Source: Dendrobates tinctorius (taxonomy: Eukaryota). From it: 64,000 nt of DNA. The notes under the pieces were generated by a model that searched no databases, was not told where the DNA came from, and worked only from the letters and a program-made list of their open reading frames with translations. Position 1 is the first letter of the stretch, and the number at the start of each line of letters is the position of its first letter. Position numbers and translations under genes: made by a program. The stretch spans positions 16,306,001 through 16,370,000 of the forward strand of contig NW_027361700.1 in the NCBI RefSeq assembly GCF_039654945.1. The letters are read 5' to 3'. Shown piece by piece: positions 11,219 through 22,917 of this stretch.

Positions 11219-12482
11219 GCTTACTCGCAAGATGCATATCTGAAAGGGAATGAGCCATACCGTGGAGGAGCACATAGTATCCCCGAGCCACCACCTGTGT
11301 TTTATCCATGGCGGAGTCAGCCACCTGAGTGTTCTCCAGGGTATCCTGTAAGCTCCAGAGTACAGCACTCAAACTATGAGGACTTTCCTTTCATCAGAAG
11401 CCCCATATGTGGGGATGTACCGAGGAGCAGCCCTACTCATCAGGACAGTTATTCCAGACCGCTTCCTAATCCTCTCCCTCCACACAGACCCTACATGGGG
11501 TCGCCATCCTCAGCTGACAGATTCAGAGGACCAGACCCTCCGTGTAATTCTGCATATGGTTGGACTTCGCGCTATCAGCCAGAGCCTCCAATTAAAGCTC
11601 CTGCAGACTCTTGGGAGCAGACCGCTAACCCCCGCTGGGTGAGTCATTGGGAGAGACAGCAAGCACTGTGCAACTGGATGTCTCAGCAAACCCCTCGTAG
11701 GAGGGGTTCTGCTTTACCCCCAAGAAGACGTAGTGCCTCACAAGATCGCCTAGGAGAACTCTCCCATCCTAATAACTGGCCTCATAGTGTGTCACAAGAT
11801 ACTCTCCACCATTCTCCTGATAATGATTCTTGGGGTCATCGGGCGCAGTCAGATAATTTTCTGGCCCATTATGGAAGATCTATGGAGAAACTGGAGTTGG
11901 ATGCTTTAATATCACCTCCTTATGAACGCCATGTTTGGTCTTCAGACAGACCCCCACGGACAACACAAGCAGTGTCACATGCACTTGTAAGTCAGACTGT
12001 GCCAACTGTCCCTAGAGATGTATCCAAGACTCCAACCCAGCACTCTAATTCTGGGGATTCAGGGTACATTGGGTATCGGAGTTATAGTCCATCTTTTCAG
12101 CGTCGGACTGAACTGCTTCATGCATTTTCCTTTAGGGAGACTGCATTTAGTGGCTTCCCTACATTTAGGACAGCACAATATCCAAGTTCTCCCCCATCCC
12201 CAACAGAAAGGAGAGAGCCATCTGTAAGTGTTAGCTCCACAGATGACAGTAGTGCCACAGAGGAGAGACGAGAGGAGGTAGTATTGAGGCAAAAGCCTCC
12301 ATCAGGTCGCAAGCCACCGGCAGCTGCTCGCCAAGTCAATGTTCTCTTTCCTGAGGAAGGCAAAGACTTGGAGTACTCACCTTCTCCTGCTGGCAGTGAG
12401 GAGACAAACAATGAACAACCATTGCAAAGGATACCCCCCTTACCATTTTCTGAGGAGCCTCTGGCATCGATCCCTTTTATTG
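11219..12482 (+). CDS. ARHGAP23: ARHGAP23 large exon (Pro/Ser-rich linker)
   Basis: cttcag|GCT...ATTG|gtaaga; [14 protein letters not shown]...[12 protein letters not shown]...LASIPFI. Confidence 0.93.
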
Positions 12483-12717
12483 GTAAGACTGCATTAATTG
12501 ATTTGTTTGTTACTAATGCTTTCATCTGACAGTGAATCTTCAAGGAGTTTTCCAATACTAGAACTTTCTTCAATGAGCAGGTCCATCTGATTGTAACAGC
12601 ACCTCTCTGTTAACATTTGAGTTGTGTCGGTTTAAATACATGAGATTTTTTGTTATAGGATTTCACACATCAAGTATGGTAGTAAATCTGCATCATCTTA
12701 ATTTTAATTCTTTACAG

Positions 12718-12873
12718 ATGAGCCAACAAGTCCAAGCATTGACCTACGAGCCAAACATGTCCCTGCCTCTTGTGTGGTATCCAGCGCCATCAACTCTGCC
12801 CCTGTGATCTCCGACAGTCCTTCCTCCCCAACATTTAGCTTTTCCATTGGTCGCCATTACTCACAAGATTGCA
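12718..12873 (+). CDS. ARHGAP23: ARHGAP23 exon
   Basis: ttacag|AT...TGCA|gtgagt; [18 protein letters not shown]...RHYSQDC. Confidence 0.9.
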
Positions 12874-14157
12874 GTGAGTGCCCTGATTGAGTATTTGAAT
12901 GTTGATTCACTGGCTATTTTATTGAAGTTTGGCAATATGGGGAAATTAATCATAAGAATAGAAATGGTTAAACAAGTATTAAAAGTACGGTTTATTTGAA
13001 TTGTGCATGACGTCAGGGCTGTATTTTAGTATTGGTGTTGTGCATTGCCTGAGGTGCGGGGTGTTCAGGGTTTGGAGTCTGGATCAAAGGGCTAAATATT
13101 GCTCCTTTAACTGTAAGGCAATTGACCTGCAGCAGGATCCTCTCCCTTCTGTGCATGTCAGTAGGTCCTAAAGATTGGTAAACCAGCCCTCTTGTTTAAG
13201 GCACATCCCCTCATCTAAGACCTAGCTCTTAAGACTCCCATACACATTGAACTAAAGACTCCTGAATCAGTCGATATCGGACTATCACATGTGCTTGGGG
13301 GCATGTTAAATTTCCAATAGCCACTCCTTGTGTTCCCTGAGAGATAAGCCACCGTTAGGGGAATCTGACAGCAGCTCTGTCATAGAGAACACAGGAGTGC
13401 TCAACTGACCTGAGCTTTATTATATAACTCGAAAGACATAGTTCTGTCGACAACTGTCGTACTGCTGATGACTAAAGGCCTATACATATTAAATAGCTAG
13501 ATCTCAGTCAAAATTGAAATTATTGAAATTTGTGCTCTGCAGGATTTACACAAGACGAATGGCCTGCAGACTGACCGGAAGCGAGATTATCTCCAGTTTA
13601 GTTTTGTCATTCATTTCTAGGTTTACTGTTCCTTACGGGTGCATTGACATGAGACAATATTGTCATGATATTGCTTAGGATTTTTACAGAAATTCTCTAA
13701 ATTATTGCAAAGCCGTAGCGTTTTTCTTTTATTTGCTAAAGAGTTATTGAAAAAACATTCGTAAGCGTGAGTAATTCCTGAGAATGTCATCAAACATATT
13801 TCTGGCTACTAAGGGGCTGAAATCTGAGCTGGTTAGAGAGAACAGTGTGCAGATCTCTAGGGAGTCCATTCCGCCGATAATCTTCAAATTAGTGCCTCCC
13901 CAGAATACCACCGAGGCTCTAGCTGCTGGTGCTAACATTTTATCAGCGCAAGCCCAGATACATCACTAAAAATGATAGGCTTGTGCTCCTTGGATTGACC
14001 CACATCATTTAAGGATGCAAGCGGCTCAGATTAGACCTGGCTATTCGCTGCCCTTACCTGGCACAATCAGACATTCCAACAAAAGTAAATAAATTATATA
14101 AATCCTCCCGTAAAATTGTGCCAACTGTGAGAAATAAAGGACATTGCTTGAAGCAAA

Positions 14158-14486
14158 CTTTCATACATTGAAGCCACCTTTCATACATTGAAGGTAGCCA
14201 TCTTTCATACATTGAAGGTACCCACCTTTCATACATTGAAGACCCCTTTCATACATTGAAGGTAGCCATCTTTCATACATTGAATCCACCTTTCATACAT
14301 TGAAGGTAGCCAACTTTCATACATTGAAGGTACTCACCTTTCATACATTGAAGCCACCTTTCATACATTGAAGGTAGCCATCTTTCATACATAGAGGACT
14401 CCTTTCATAAATTGAAGATAGCCATCTTTCGTACATAGAAGACAACATCCTAACTTTTCATGCATAGAAGGCACCTTTCGTACATA
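14158..14486. repeat. Minisatellite, 20/24-bp units
   Basis: CTTTCATACATTGAAG(GTAG)CCA repeated roughly 14 times, decaying at the 3' end. Confidence 0.92.
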
Positions 14487-14596
14487 AATGATTCCTTCAT
14501 GCTTGAACATACATATAAGTAATGTGAATGTGAAACAATCATTCTGCAGTGGTGCATGTGTAGTCCCATATGTCTTCTCTCTGCTGTTTTATTTAG

Positions 14597-14708
14597 GTAG
14601 CATTAAGTCCAGTCGGCGTTCCTCTTATCTTCTTGCCATCACCACTGAGCGCTCAAAATCTTGTGATGATGGACTCAACACATTCCGCGATGAAGGGAGA
14701 TTACCAAG
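14597..14708 (+). CDS. ARHGAP23: ARHGAP23 exon
   Basis: atttag|GT...AG|gtgagc; [26 protein letters not shown]. Confidence 0.92.
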
Positions 14709-15946
14709 GTGAGCATGGGCTACTCTCACCACAGATGAGTTAGATGTTGACATCATATTCACATATGCAATAAATATGTCTATAGGGATACATAAGCCCA
14801 ACAGAGGTCACAGGACCCGTTTGGCCAGTGAAGTTTAGTATACCGCAACAATTCAGTACAACAGTATCCAGTTAAAAATGTATACCTATGGACAATGGAT
14901 GCCATATAAATCTGAACCTATAGGCTGTAGTGCCAATCCCTCCTACCCCCCTCCACCCTAGATGTACATTCATGAAAATGGTGCAGTCTTCTTTTCACTA
15001 AGAAGAATATACATTTTGGCTTGTAGCAACCATTTATTTTTATTAAAGTCTTATTTCTGAAAGAGGGTGTCAAATTAGGGATAACCCTTTTAAAAACCTC
15101 ATTGTCAGTGGTCATAACCATGGATACCTAAGGTCCTTCACTGCCTGGACATGAGGAAAGAGACATAGCTAATTATAAAAACTATGCTACATTTCTAATT
15201 GGAGGTATTTGTTAATATTATTATTTTTACACTTACTGCATATTGGGATAGAATCTTGGAGATGGGAATATCCCTTTAAGGACCACTTTGCTGGATTTCT
15301 CCATTTTTCCCACATATTACCTGCTCCTATTTAAGAGCTGATCTGCAGTAATCGGCAGCAGCTGCTACATGTTAAATGGAGCGTATGCATTGCAGCTCTG
15401 TCCAGTGATTACGTTTGACTGCAGGCTAATAACTGCTGATTAGAGGGGTTGTCTGGCATTGGACCCCCACTGAATCAGTTCTAATAAACTCTCTAAAGGA
15501 TAGGACATGGATATCATGTACCTGGAGAATACCTTTGAATAGAACTTTTCACCACCAAGGTATTAACCAATCGACTTCATGTTATAATCCAAACTATTCT
15601 ATTTAATAAAATGTATTTTGTATGACTATCATCTCTCTTCCTAAATATATATTTCTGGCTGTGCCAAAAACAAGACCATTGCAAAAAAGAAAATAATTTT
15701 GTTGAGGTCTGAATTCAGTAGTTCTGTGGAGAGCTCCTAGATGGGCAGTATCTTGTAGATTGATTTTAGTTGGCGGATGTAGAATTGTCAGCGGTGGCAC
15801 TACCTCTTGTCTGAGGACCTGCGGCCACATTGTATGAGTGTCCATTAGTCGTGAGGAAGGTGAGCAGCAGTGCAGATGCACTCAAGTCACAGATGAGATG
15901 GAAGCTAGACATGTAATCTGATAATTGTCTCCTTCTCCAACCACAG

Positions 15947-16004
15947 GAGAGTTGTGGGCCGGGTGCCGAGTTTGCGGATGCTGCGGAGCTTCTTCACTGA
16001 TGGG
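15947..16004 (+). CDS. ARHGAP23: ARHGAP23 exon
   Basis: ccacag|G...GGG|gtgaga; RVVGRVPSLRMLRSFFTDG. Confidence 0.9.
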
Positions 16005-16171
16005 GTGAGAGTGCATTTTGTAGCTGTAATTACTGTTAATATCTGGGTGTGGATGATTTTATGTGCTGCATTCACACTACATATTTATTAATATGAGGTC
16101 CTGCTGCTGAAGGTCACTTAATATTCACAAATACATAATTTAGAGCTAGTCATAGATCATATACATGTATA

Positions 16172-16681
16172 CAGCTCTGACAAAAATTAAGAGACCACTT
16201 CCAAATGTTCAGTTTGTCTGATTTTTCTCTTTATATGTATATTTTTGCGTAAAATGTAAATTGTTCTTTTAGTCTACAAACTTCTGACAACTTGTCTCTG
16301 AATTTCCAAGCAATACATTTTGTATTTTTTTCTGACAAAACAGTGTTTTCAGACCACAAATAATGCAAAGAAAACAAGTTCATAATCATTTAAAAACAAT
16401 AATACTAATGTTTTACCTCAGGAAGAGTTCAGAAATCAATATTTTGTGGAATAGCCATGATTTTTATAAAGAGCTTTCACGCGTCTTTGCATGCTTTCCA
16501 CCAGTCTTTCACACTGCTTCTGGCGCAAAAAAGTAAGCAGTTCTTCTTTGTTTGATGGCTTGTGACTATCCATCATACTTTTGATTACATTCCAGAGGTT
16601 TTCAATAGGGTTCAGGTCTGGAGATTGGGCTGCCCATGACAGGGTTTTGATGTGGTGGTCTCTTAATTTTTGCCAGAGCTG
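16172..16681 (-). mobile_element. Non-autonomous 510-bp Tc1 derivative
   Basis: TA TSD; TIR CAGCTCTG(A/G)CAAAAATTAAGAGACCAC; retains transposase C-terminus [15 protein letters not shown]...GYSTKY. Confidence 0.92.
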
Positions 16682-17128
16682 TATGTAGTCATACCACAAA
16701 CTCATTCCTTTAGTTTTTCCATTAGAAAGTACATCTTCCATTATAGAAATTGCCAGGAGACGCTCTGTATGGACAGTGAGCTAGCAATGGATGCTGGGAG
16801 ATTTAAAGGCAGTCTATCAGATGATTTATGCATATTAAAGGGACTACAGCTACAGCACTGGGTAGAGGACATGTTCACACACACCTGCCTGCAGATTAGT
16901 TTAATAATGTCAGAGAGCTGACAAGAGCCCTGAGGGTGGTCCAAGCCCCTGCAAGCCCTCCAGCTCTCCTTACTAAACCCTGCCTCATATGATCCCTTGA
17001 CCTTGATGGATGGGTGAGCTGTAGTAACACCTCAAGGAGAGGGAGTAGCATGGTTTAGTAAGGGGAGCAGGAGCGCTTGCAGGGGCTGGGACTACCCATA
17101 GCACATTTACATAATGGATCAAGTCTAA

Positions 17129-17790
17129 AGCTGGAGTCACACATAGCGACTTACCAGCGATCTCAACAGCGATATCAACGTGTCAGGATCGCTGGTAAGT
17201 CGCTATGTGATCGCTGGTGAGCTGTGAAACAGACAGCTTCACCAGCGATCAGCACAGCGATGCCGAGCGCCCGGCATCACTGTGTTTGTTAGCGCTGATG
17301 CCATATCCCTGTAAAAAAATAGAATTAAAATAAAAAATATTGTTATTATCACCTTCCGACGTCCCGCGCAGCCATCCTGCCTCTCTCCACGCTCCGGTCC
17401 CAGTAATCCTTTGCGAGAATGACCACGAGAATGCCACGGTCTCGCGGCAGCGCGATGTCTCGCGGTCATTCGTGCAAAGGATCACTGGGACCGGAGCGTG
17501 GAGAGAGGCAGGATGGCTGCGCGGGACGTCGGAAGGTGAGAATAACTATATTTTTTTTATTTTTTACAGCTGATCGCTGGTCTCCCGCTTGTCACACGCA
17601 GCGATGCGTGCTGACCAGCGACGAAAAATATGTCCAGAGGTTTCTTGCAGCGATCAGCGATACCGGCAGGGGGGCCGGTCGCTGATCGCTGTCACACACA
17701 GCTATCTCGCTGGTGAGATCGCTGTTGTGTCACAAAAGTTGTGACTCAGCAGCGATCTCGCTAGCGAGATTGCTATGTGTGACTCCCGCT
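17129..17790. mobile_element. Harbinger-like palindromic MITE
   Basis: TAA/TTA flanks; TIR AGC(T/G)GGAGTCACACATAGC; AGCGAT subrepeats. Confidence 0.8.
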
Positions 17791-19452
17791 TTATTGTTAA
17801 AATTGATCTGTTCCACATGTTGTATAAAGGTCTTAAAGGGTTATTACAAAAAAATCTAGTTATCCCCTTTCCATAGGACCCCAAGCTCTCCCTAGATTGG
17901 GGCTTTACAGCCTTGTACTGAATGGAGCTGAGGTGCACATGTGAGGCCTCCACTAAATTCATGTCTATAGGACTAGCTGAGCGCTGCACTTAACAATTCC
18001 ATAAACAAAAGATGAAGCAGAAGCCACGCATGCACACCTCTGCTCCATTTTTTGTCTATGAGATTGCCAATTGCAACGCTCAGCTAGTCCTATAGACATG
18101 AATTTAGAGGAGGCCTCACACACGCACCTGTGGCCCACTGAGAATGGGGCTGCAGGGGGGTTCTTGGGGTTATAGAACATGAATTCAGGACTGCCGAGAG
18201 TGTCCTGGCGGATGAAGCTCTGGATCTCTTGCAATCAGCAAGTTATTCCTTATTCCACAGGGGATAACTCATTTACTCTGTCGTCTCATTGGGGGACACA
18301 GAACCATGGGTGTTATGCTGCTGTCCACTAGGAGGCGACACTATGCATAATCTGAAAAAGATTAACTTTGGCTCCTCCTCTGCAGTATACACCCCTGGAC
18401 GGCGTCAGCCTTCTCCAGTTTTTGCTTAGTGTCGCAAGGAGGCACACCTTTTTTCTTTTTTTCCTTTTGTCGGAACAGATGAAGAAAAGTGGGTCTCCAG
18501 CGAGACTCCCGGCATGGCTCCTTCCTTGGCCCCCTTTTTAGGGGTGCCCAGTTGAAGTGGAGATGGCGGTTCCCCATGTCGCTCCTTCCCCAGTCCCTCG
18601 GGTACTGGTCCGAAGTTGAGACCCCCCCCCTCCTTCCCCAACCCCCTTCAGGGTCTGGGTTGAGGTTGAGGCAAGGATGAAGACCCCCTGACGGTGACAG
18701 ACGCACCCTCCCTAATCCCCCGCAGGGGGCATTAGGTTGAGACGCCGCAGGTAGGGTCGGAGTACAGACAGCATTCTGCACCAGGGACCCCAGCCCAGCT
18801 GTGGGATCCTGCTGGGGCCGGGGGAGGGTGCAGGCAGACGTGGCACAGCAGAGACAGGGCTTTCTGCTCCCCTGCCTCTGCAGCAGCAGTGGCTCCATGG
18901 TGCTCCAGGGACCCCCCACACAGGTACCGCTAGCCCTGCTGCCCCCACCGCTAGCCAGTCGCCCATTCCGGGGGGGTCCGGTGCAAATCCGACCCCCTCC
19001 CGGACTACCGCGCCGCTCTGGAGCCCTCCTGGGCATCAGGCCTCTAATCTAGACCGCGGCTTCGGCCTAGCCGAAGCCGCCGCCTTTTCCCCGCCCCCCG
19101 GATGACTAAAATGACACGCTGGAGTGTCATAGAAGGGGCGGATTGAGGCAGAAAGGGCGCTTTTTTACAAGCCCAGCGCGCCCTTTTCAGCTCTCCGCCC
19201 CCTCCTCCCTCTCCTCAGAGTCCCGGTGGCCATTTTTTTTGGATGAGATCCAGGAGAGGAGCATCACAGCGGTCTCCGTGGGGCACAGAACTAGTATCTG
19301 TCGGTTCTGGACCTAGGGGCACACCAGTGGGGTAAGCTCACAGCTGGGTTTTCATTACTCAGCTGTGAATCCATACTTCCTAGAAGGCTCTCTGTGGGTT
19401 CCCTCTGCGTAGCCACCCCTGTACGATCCCTGATAGCCAGCCTCTGTGCACT

Positions 19453-21023
19453 ATGCCGGGCTCAAGGAAGAGAACCAGGCAGGAATGTTTCTATGCATTC
19501 TGCACAGCCTGCAAAGCCACGCTCCCTAGTGGTAGCACGTATCCGCACTGCCGGGACTGCATCCAGAACTCTGGGTCAGAACCCCAGGGAGTCCCTACTG
19601 ACGCTTCAGTGTCACAGGCCACGCCGGAATGGGCAACTCAGATGTCACAGTCTATGACACAGTCCATAGACAACCTAACTGCCGCATTGCTGCCACCTCT
19701 GCAGAGTCGGGCCCCGGCTATGGACGTTACACAGCAAACGGACAGCTTGTCTCAGGAACATGCTGCTTCCGACTCTCACAGACATAAGCGGACCCACAGG
19801 TCTCGATCACCTGAGTCGGCCTATAGCACAAGGTCGTCCCCCCCAGGGAGAGACAGCGTCATTCCAGGTCTCCTAGGCAGTCCCCTGTCACAGACAGACA
19901 GTGCAATTTACCACAGAGATCCCCCACCACAGAAGACCCCTGCCCCAGGTCGCCCTCCAGGGATCACCTTAGTGAGGCACAGGATTCGGAGGGCATCTGT
20001 GACTCCGACTCAGATAACGAAACGGAGAGGTCCGTGGTACCTTCTCCCCCTAGCAATACAGCGCTAGTTGAGGACATAATCTCTGCAATTCATCGGGTGC
20101 TAAAAATTCCAGAGTCGGCCCCGGAAGTCCCAGAACATAGGATTTGCTTCGAAAGTGTTCAGAAACCACCTAAGGTCTTCCCTAATCACCATGAGTTTGA
20201 GGAAATACTTACCAAACAGTTTGCGCAGCCTGAGAAAAAATTTGCTAATCGCAAATATTTGGAAGCGAAGTACCCCTTCCCACAGACAGACACCAAACAA
20301 TGGACAGATCCACCTGAAGTGGAACCCCCGGTTTCTAGGCTAGCAGCGCAGACCTTACTCTCTCTGCCAGATAGCTCAACCCTCAGGGACGCAGCAGACC
20401 GGCAAGTAGAACGCATGGCTCGTTCTATTTTCGAAGCAGCAGGCGCCTCTCTGGGCCCTGCGTTTGCTTCAGTTTGGGCGGCCAAGGCCATCCTGGCTTG
20501 GGCCAAAAAACTACAGGAGGGTCTTCAAGCTTCAAATCCCAAGCTCTCGGACCAAGCGGTCCAGATAGCAGTGGTAGCAGACTACATGCTTCATGCAGCC
20601 CTGGATTCCGCAAGAGGTGTAGCGGGAATAGCATCAAACGCCATCACGATCCGACGCATCCTCTGGCTGCGAGAATGGAAAGCGGATGCGGCCTCAAAGA
20701 AGTCCCTCACGCGACTTCCGTATCTTACTGGAAGACTTTTCGGCGAAAAGCTGGACACAATGATAGCCAATGCCACTGGGGGTAAGAGTACCTCTCTCCC
20801 TCAACTAAAACCGAAACGCACGTTTAAACGAAGAAACCAGACGCGATTCCGATCCTTTCGGAATTCCTCGGGCTGGTCCGTCTCGCGCCCAGCGCAAAAC
20901 CGTAACCGCTCTCCACGCAGGGACAACCCACGGTCGCAGCAGCGACCGGACAGGTCTTGGCAGTCGAAAGCAGGCCAAGCGAAACCCAAGGGAGGAAAAC
21001 CTCAGAACTTCGCTTCATCATGA
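19453..21023 (+). pseudogene. DIRS copy 2 ORF1 (gag-like), one frameshift near 19900-20060
   Basis: ORFs 19453-20067 and 20034-21023; N-terminal CxxC-12-CxxC; homologous to ORF1 of copies 1 and 3 (RRxxWLxxWxAD, LFGxxLD). Confidence 0.85.
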
Positions 21024-22917
21024 CTCAGGAACTCCGGAAGACACCCCACCAGTAGGCGGCCGACTTTTACTCTTCCTGCAAGTCTGGCTGCCTATTACAG
21101 AAGACAGGTGGGTCAGGGAAATAGTGTCTTCCGGATACAAGATACAGTTCACTTCCGCTCCACCGAACCGGTTTTTCCTTTCTATTCCTCCAACACCACC
21201 AGACAAGGCTCGTGCTTTCCACCAAGCGGTCTCCTCTCTCCTTCAAGCAGGAGTTGTGGTGCCGGTTCCCGCGAACGAGAGATTCCGAGGGTTCTACTCA
21301 AATCTGTTCGTAGTCCCCAAGAAAGGAGGCAGCGTCCGACCCATACTGGACCTAAAACAGCTCAACAATTACATACGGGTCCGTCACTTCCGCATGGAGT
21401 CCCTCCGGTCCATCATTGCATCCATGGAGCAGGGAGAATACCTTGCCTCCATAGACATACAGGATGCGTATCTGCACATACCAATTGCCCCCGCCCACCA
21501 AAGGTTTCTCAGGTTTGCGGTCAACCAAAACCACTACCAGTTTGTCGCCCTTCCGTTCAGACTCGCCACGGCTCCAAGAACGTTCACCAAAGTCATGGCG
21601 GCCACCATGGACGTTCTGCACTCAAGAGGCATTCTAGTCATCCCGTACCTGGACGACCTCCTCATCAAGTCTCCCACTTTCAAAGATTGCGAGGTCAGTG
21701 TCTCAATCACAATAGACACACTGAGTCGCCTGGGATGGCTAGTCAACCTACAGAAATCGTCGACTATCCCAAGTCAGACTCTAACATTCCTGGGAATGTT
21801 ATTCGACACCTCCAGGGGCCTGGTGCTCCTTCCCAAGGACAAGACACTGGCCATCCGTCTGGGAGTTCATACACTCCTTCGCAGTCCTCCTCGATCTCTC
21901 CGGTTTGCCATGAGAGTCCTCGGCCGGATGGCAGCAGCAATAGAGGCAGTGCCATTTGCCCAGTTTCACCTCAGGGTCCTTCAACTAGCCATACTCAGCT
22001 CTTGGGACAGGAATCCCTTCTCCCTCGACAGGGAGTTCAGGTTGACGTCGTCAACCAGGAGGTCCCTGCATTGGTGGCTCAATCCAACCTCGCTTACACG
22101 AGGAAAGCCCTTTCTCTCAGGACAATGGAAGATCCTGACTACCGATGCAAGCCTGACAGGCTGGGGGGCAGTGCACCTACATCACAGGGCACAAGGCAAG
22201 TGGTCACCGAGGGAAGTGACATTGCCCATCAATATTCTGGAAATCAGGGCCATCCTCTTGGCACTGAGAGCCTTTCATCACTTGCTTGCAGCCTCGCACA
22301 TACGGATACAGTCGGACAATGCCACGGCTGTGGCATACGTGAACCACCAAGGCGGGACCCGCAGCGCCCAGGCGATGAGAGAAGTGGCACATATCCTCCG
22401 CTGGGCGGAAAACACGAGGTCGGTACTTTCTGCGGTCCTCATTCCGGGTGTAGAAAACTGGGAAGCCTACTTCCTCAGCAGGCAAGGAATGGACTCGGGG
22501 GAGTGGTCTCTCCATCCCGAGATTTTTTACCAGATCTGTCAATGCTGGGGAACCCCGGAGGTGGACCTAATGGCATTCCATCTCAATACCAAGGTCCCCA
22601 ATTTCATGGCCAGGACACACGACCCGCGGTCGCTCGGAGCGGATGCCCTGGTCCAGGACTGGTCCCAGTTCCGACTCCTGTACATTTTTCCACCCCTCCC
22701 CCTAATCTCCAGGGTCGTGAGGAAGATCAAGCAAGAGGGAGTTCCAACCATCCTCATCGCTCCAGACTGGCCCAGACGTACATGGTACGCCGACATCGTT
22801 CAACTTACAGCAGACGTCCCCTGGCGTCGTCACGACCTTCTGTCTCAAGGTCCGTTCTTCCATCAGAATTCAGGGGCTCTCAATTTGACGGCATGGCCCT
22901 TGAAACCTGGATTCTAA
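21022..22917 (+). CDS. DIRS copy 2 reverse transcriptase / RNase H / methyltransferase-like ORF (no initiator AUG)
   Basis: GGRL..W..GYKI, RPILDL, IDIQDAY, YLDD (21646-21657), TDASLTGWG, INILE, SDN, DLMA, YIFPP. Confidence 0.92.
   Translation, partial: DSGTPEDTPPVGGRLLLFLQVWLPITEDRWVREIVSSGYKIQFTSAPPNRFFLSIPPTPPDKARAFHQAVSSLLQAGVVVPVPANERFRGFYSNLFVVPKKGGSVRPILDLKQLNNYIRVRHFRMESLRSIIASMEQGEYLASIDIQDAYLHIPIAPAHQRFLRFAVNQNHYQFVALPFRLATAPRTFTKVMAATMDVLHSRGILVIPYLDDLLIKSPTFKDCEVSVSITIDTLSRLGWLVNLQKSSTIPSQTLTFLGMLFDTSRGLVLLPKDKTLAIRLGVHTLLRSPPRSLRFAMRVLGRMAAAIEAVPFAQFHLRVLQLAILSSWDRNPFSLDREFRLTSSTRRSLHWWLNPTSLTRGKPFLSGQWKILTTDASLTGWGAVHLHHRAQGKWSPREVTLPINILEIRAILLALRAFHHLLAASHIRIQSDNATAVAYVNHQGGTRSAQAMREVAHILRWAENTRSVLSAVLIPGVENWEAYFLSRQGMDSGEWSLHPEIFYQICQCWGTPEVDLMAFHLNTKVPNFMARTHDPRSLGADALVQDWSQFRLLYIFPPLPLISRVVRKIKQEGVPTILIAPDWPRRTWYADIVQLTADVPWRRHDLLSQGPFFHQNSGALNLTAWPLKPGF

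Noticed and set aside
11168-12529. 453-aa ORF as a standalone gene
   Set aside because: It is the large ARHGAP23 exon plus intronic read-through at both ends.
14158-14486. Repeat array resembling CRISPR
   Set aside because: No unique spacers; a simple minisatellite in a vertebrate intron.
18362-19036. 224-aa antisense ORF in the copy 2 leader (and 44150-44890 in copy 3)
   Set aside because: GC-rich, stop-poor sequence; the ORFs are not convincingly homologous between copies.
21020-21055. ATG overlapping the gag stop (ATGA) as a reinitiation start for pol
   Set aside because: It lies in the third frame and closes after 11 codons in copy 2 and 27 in copy 1; it enters neither RT nor YR.
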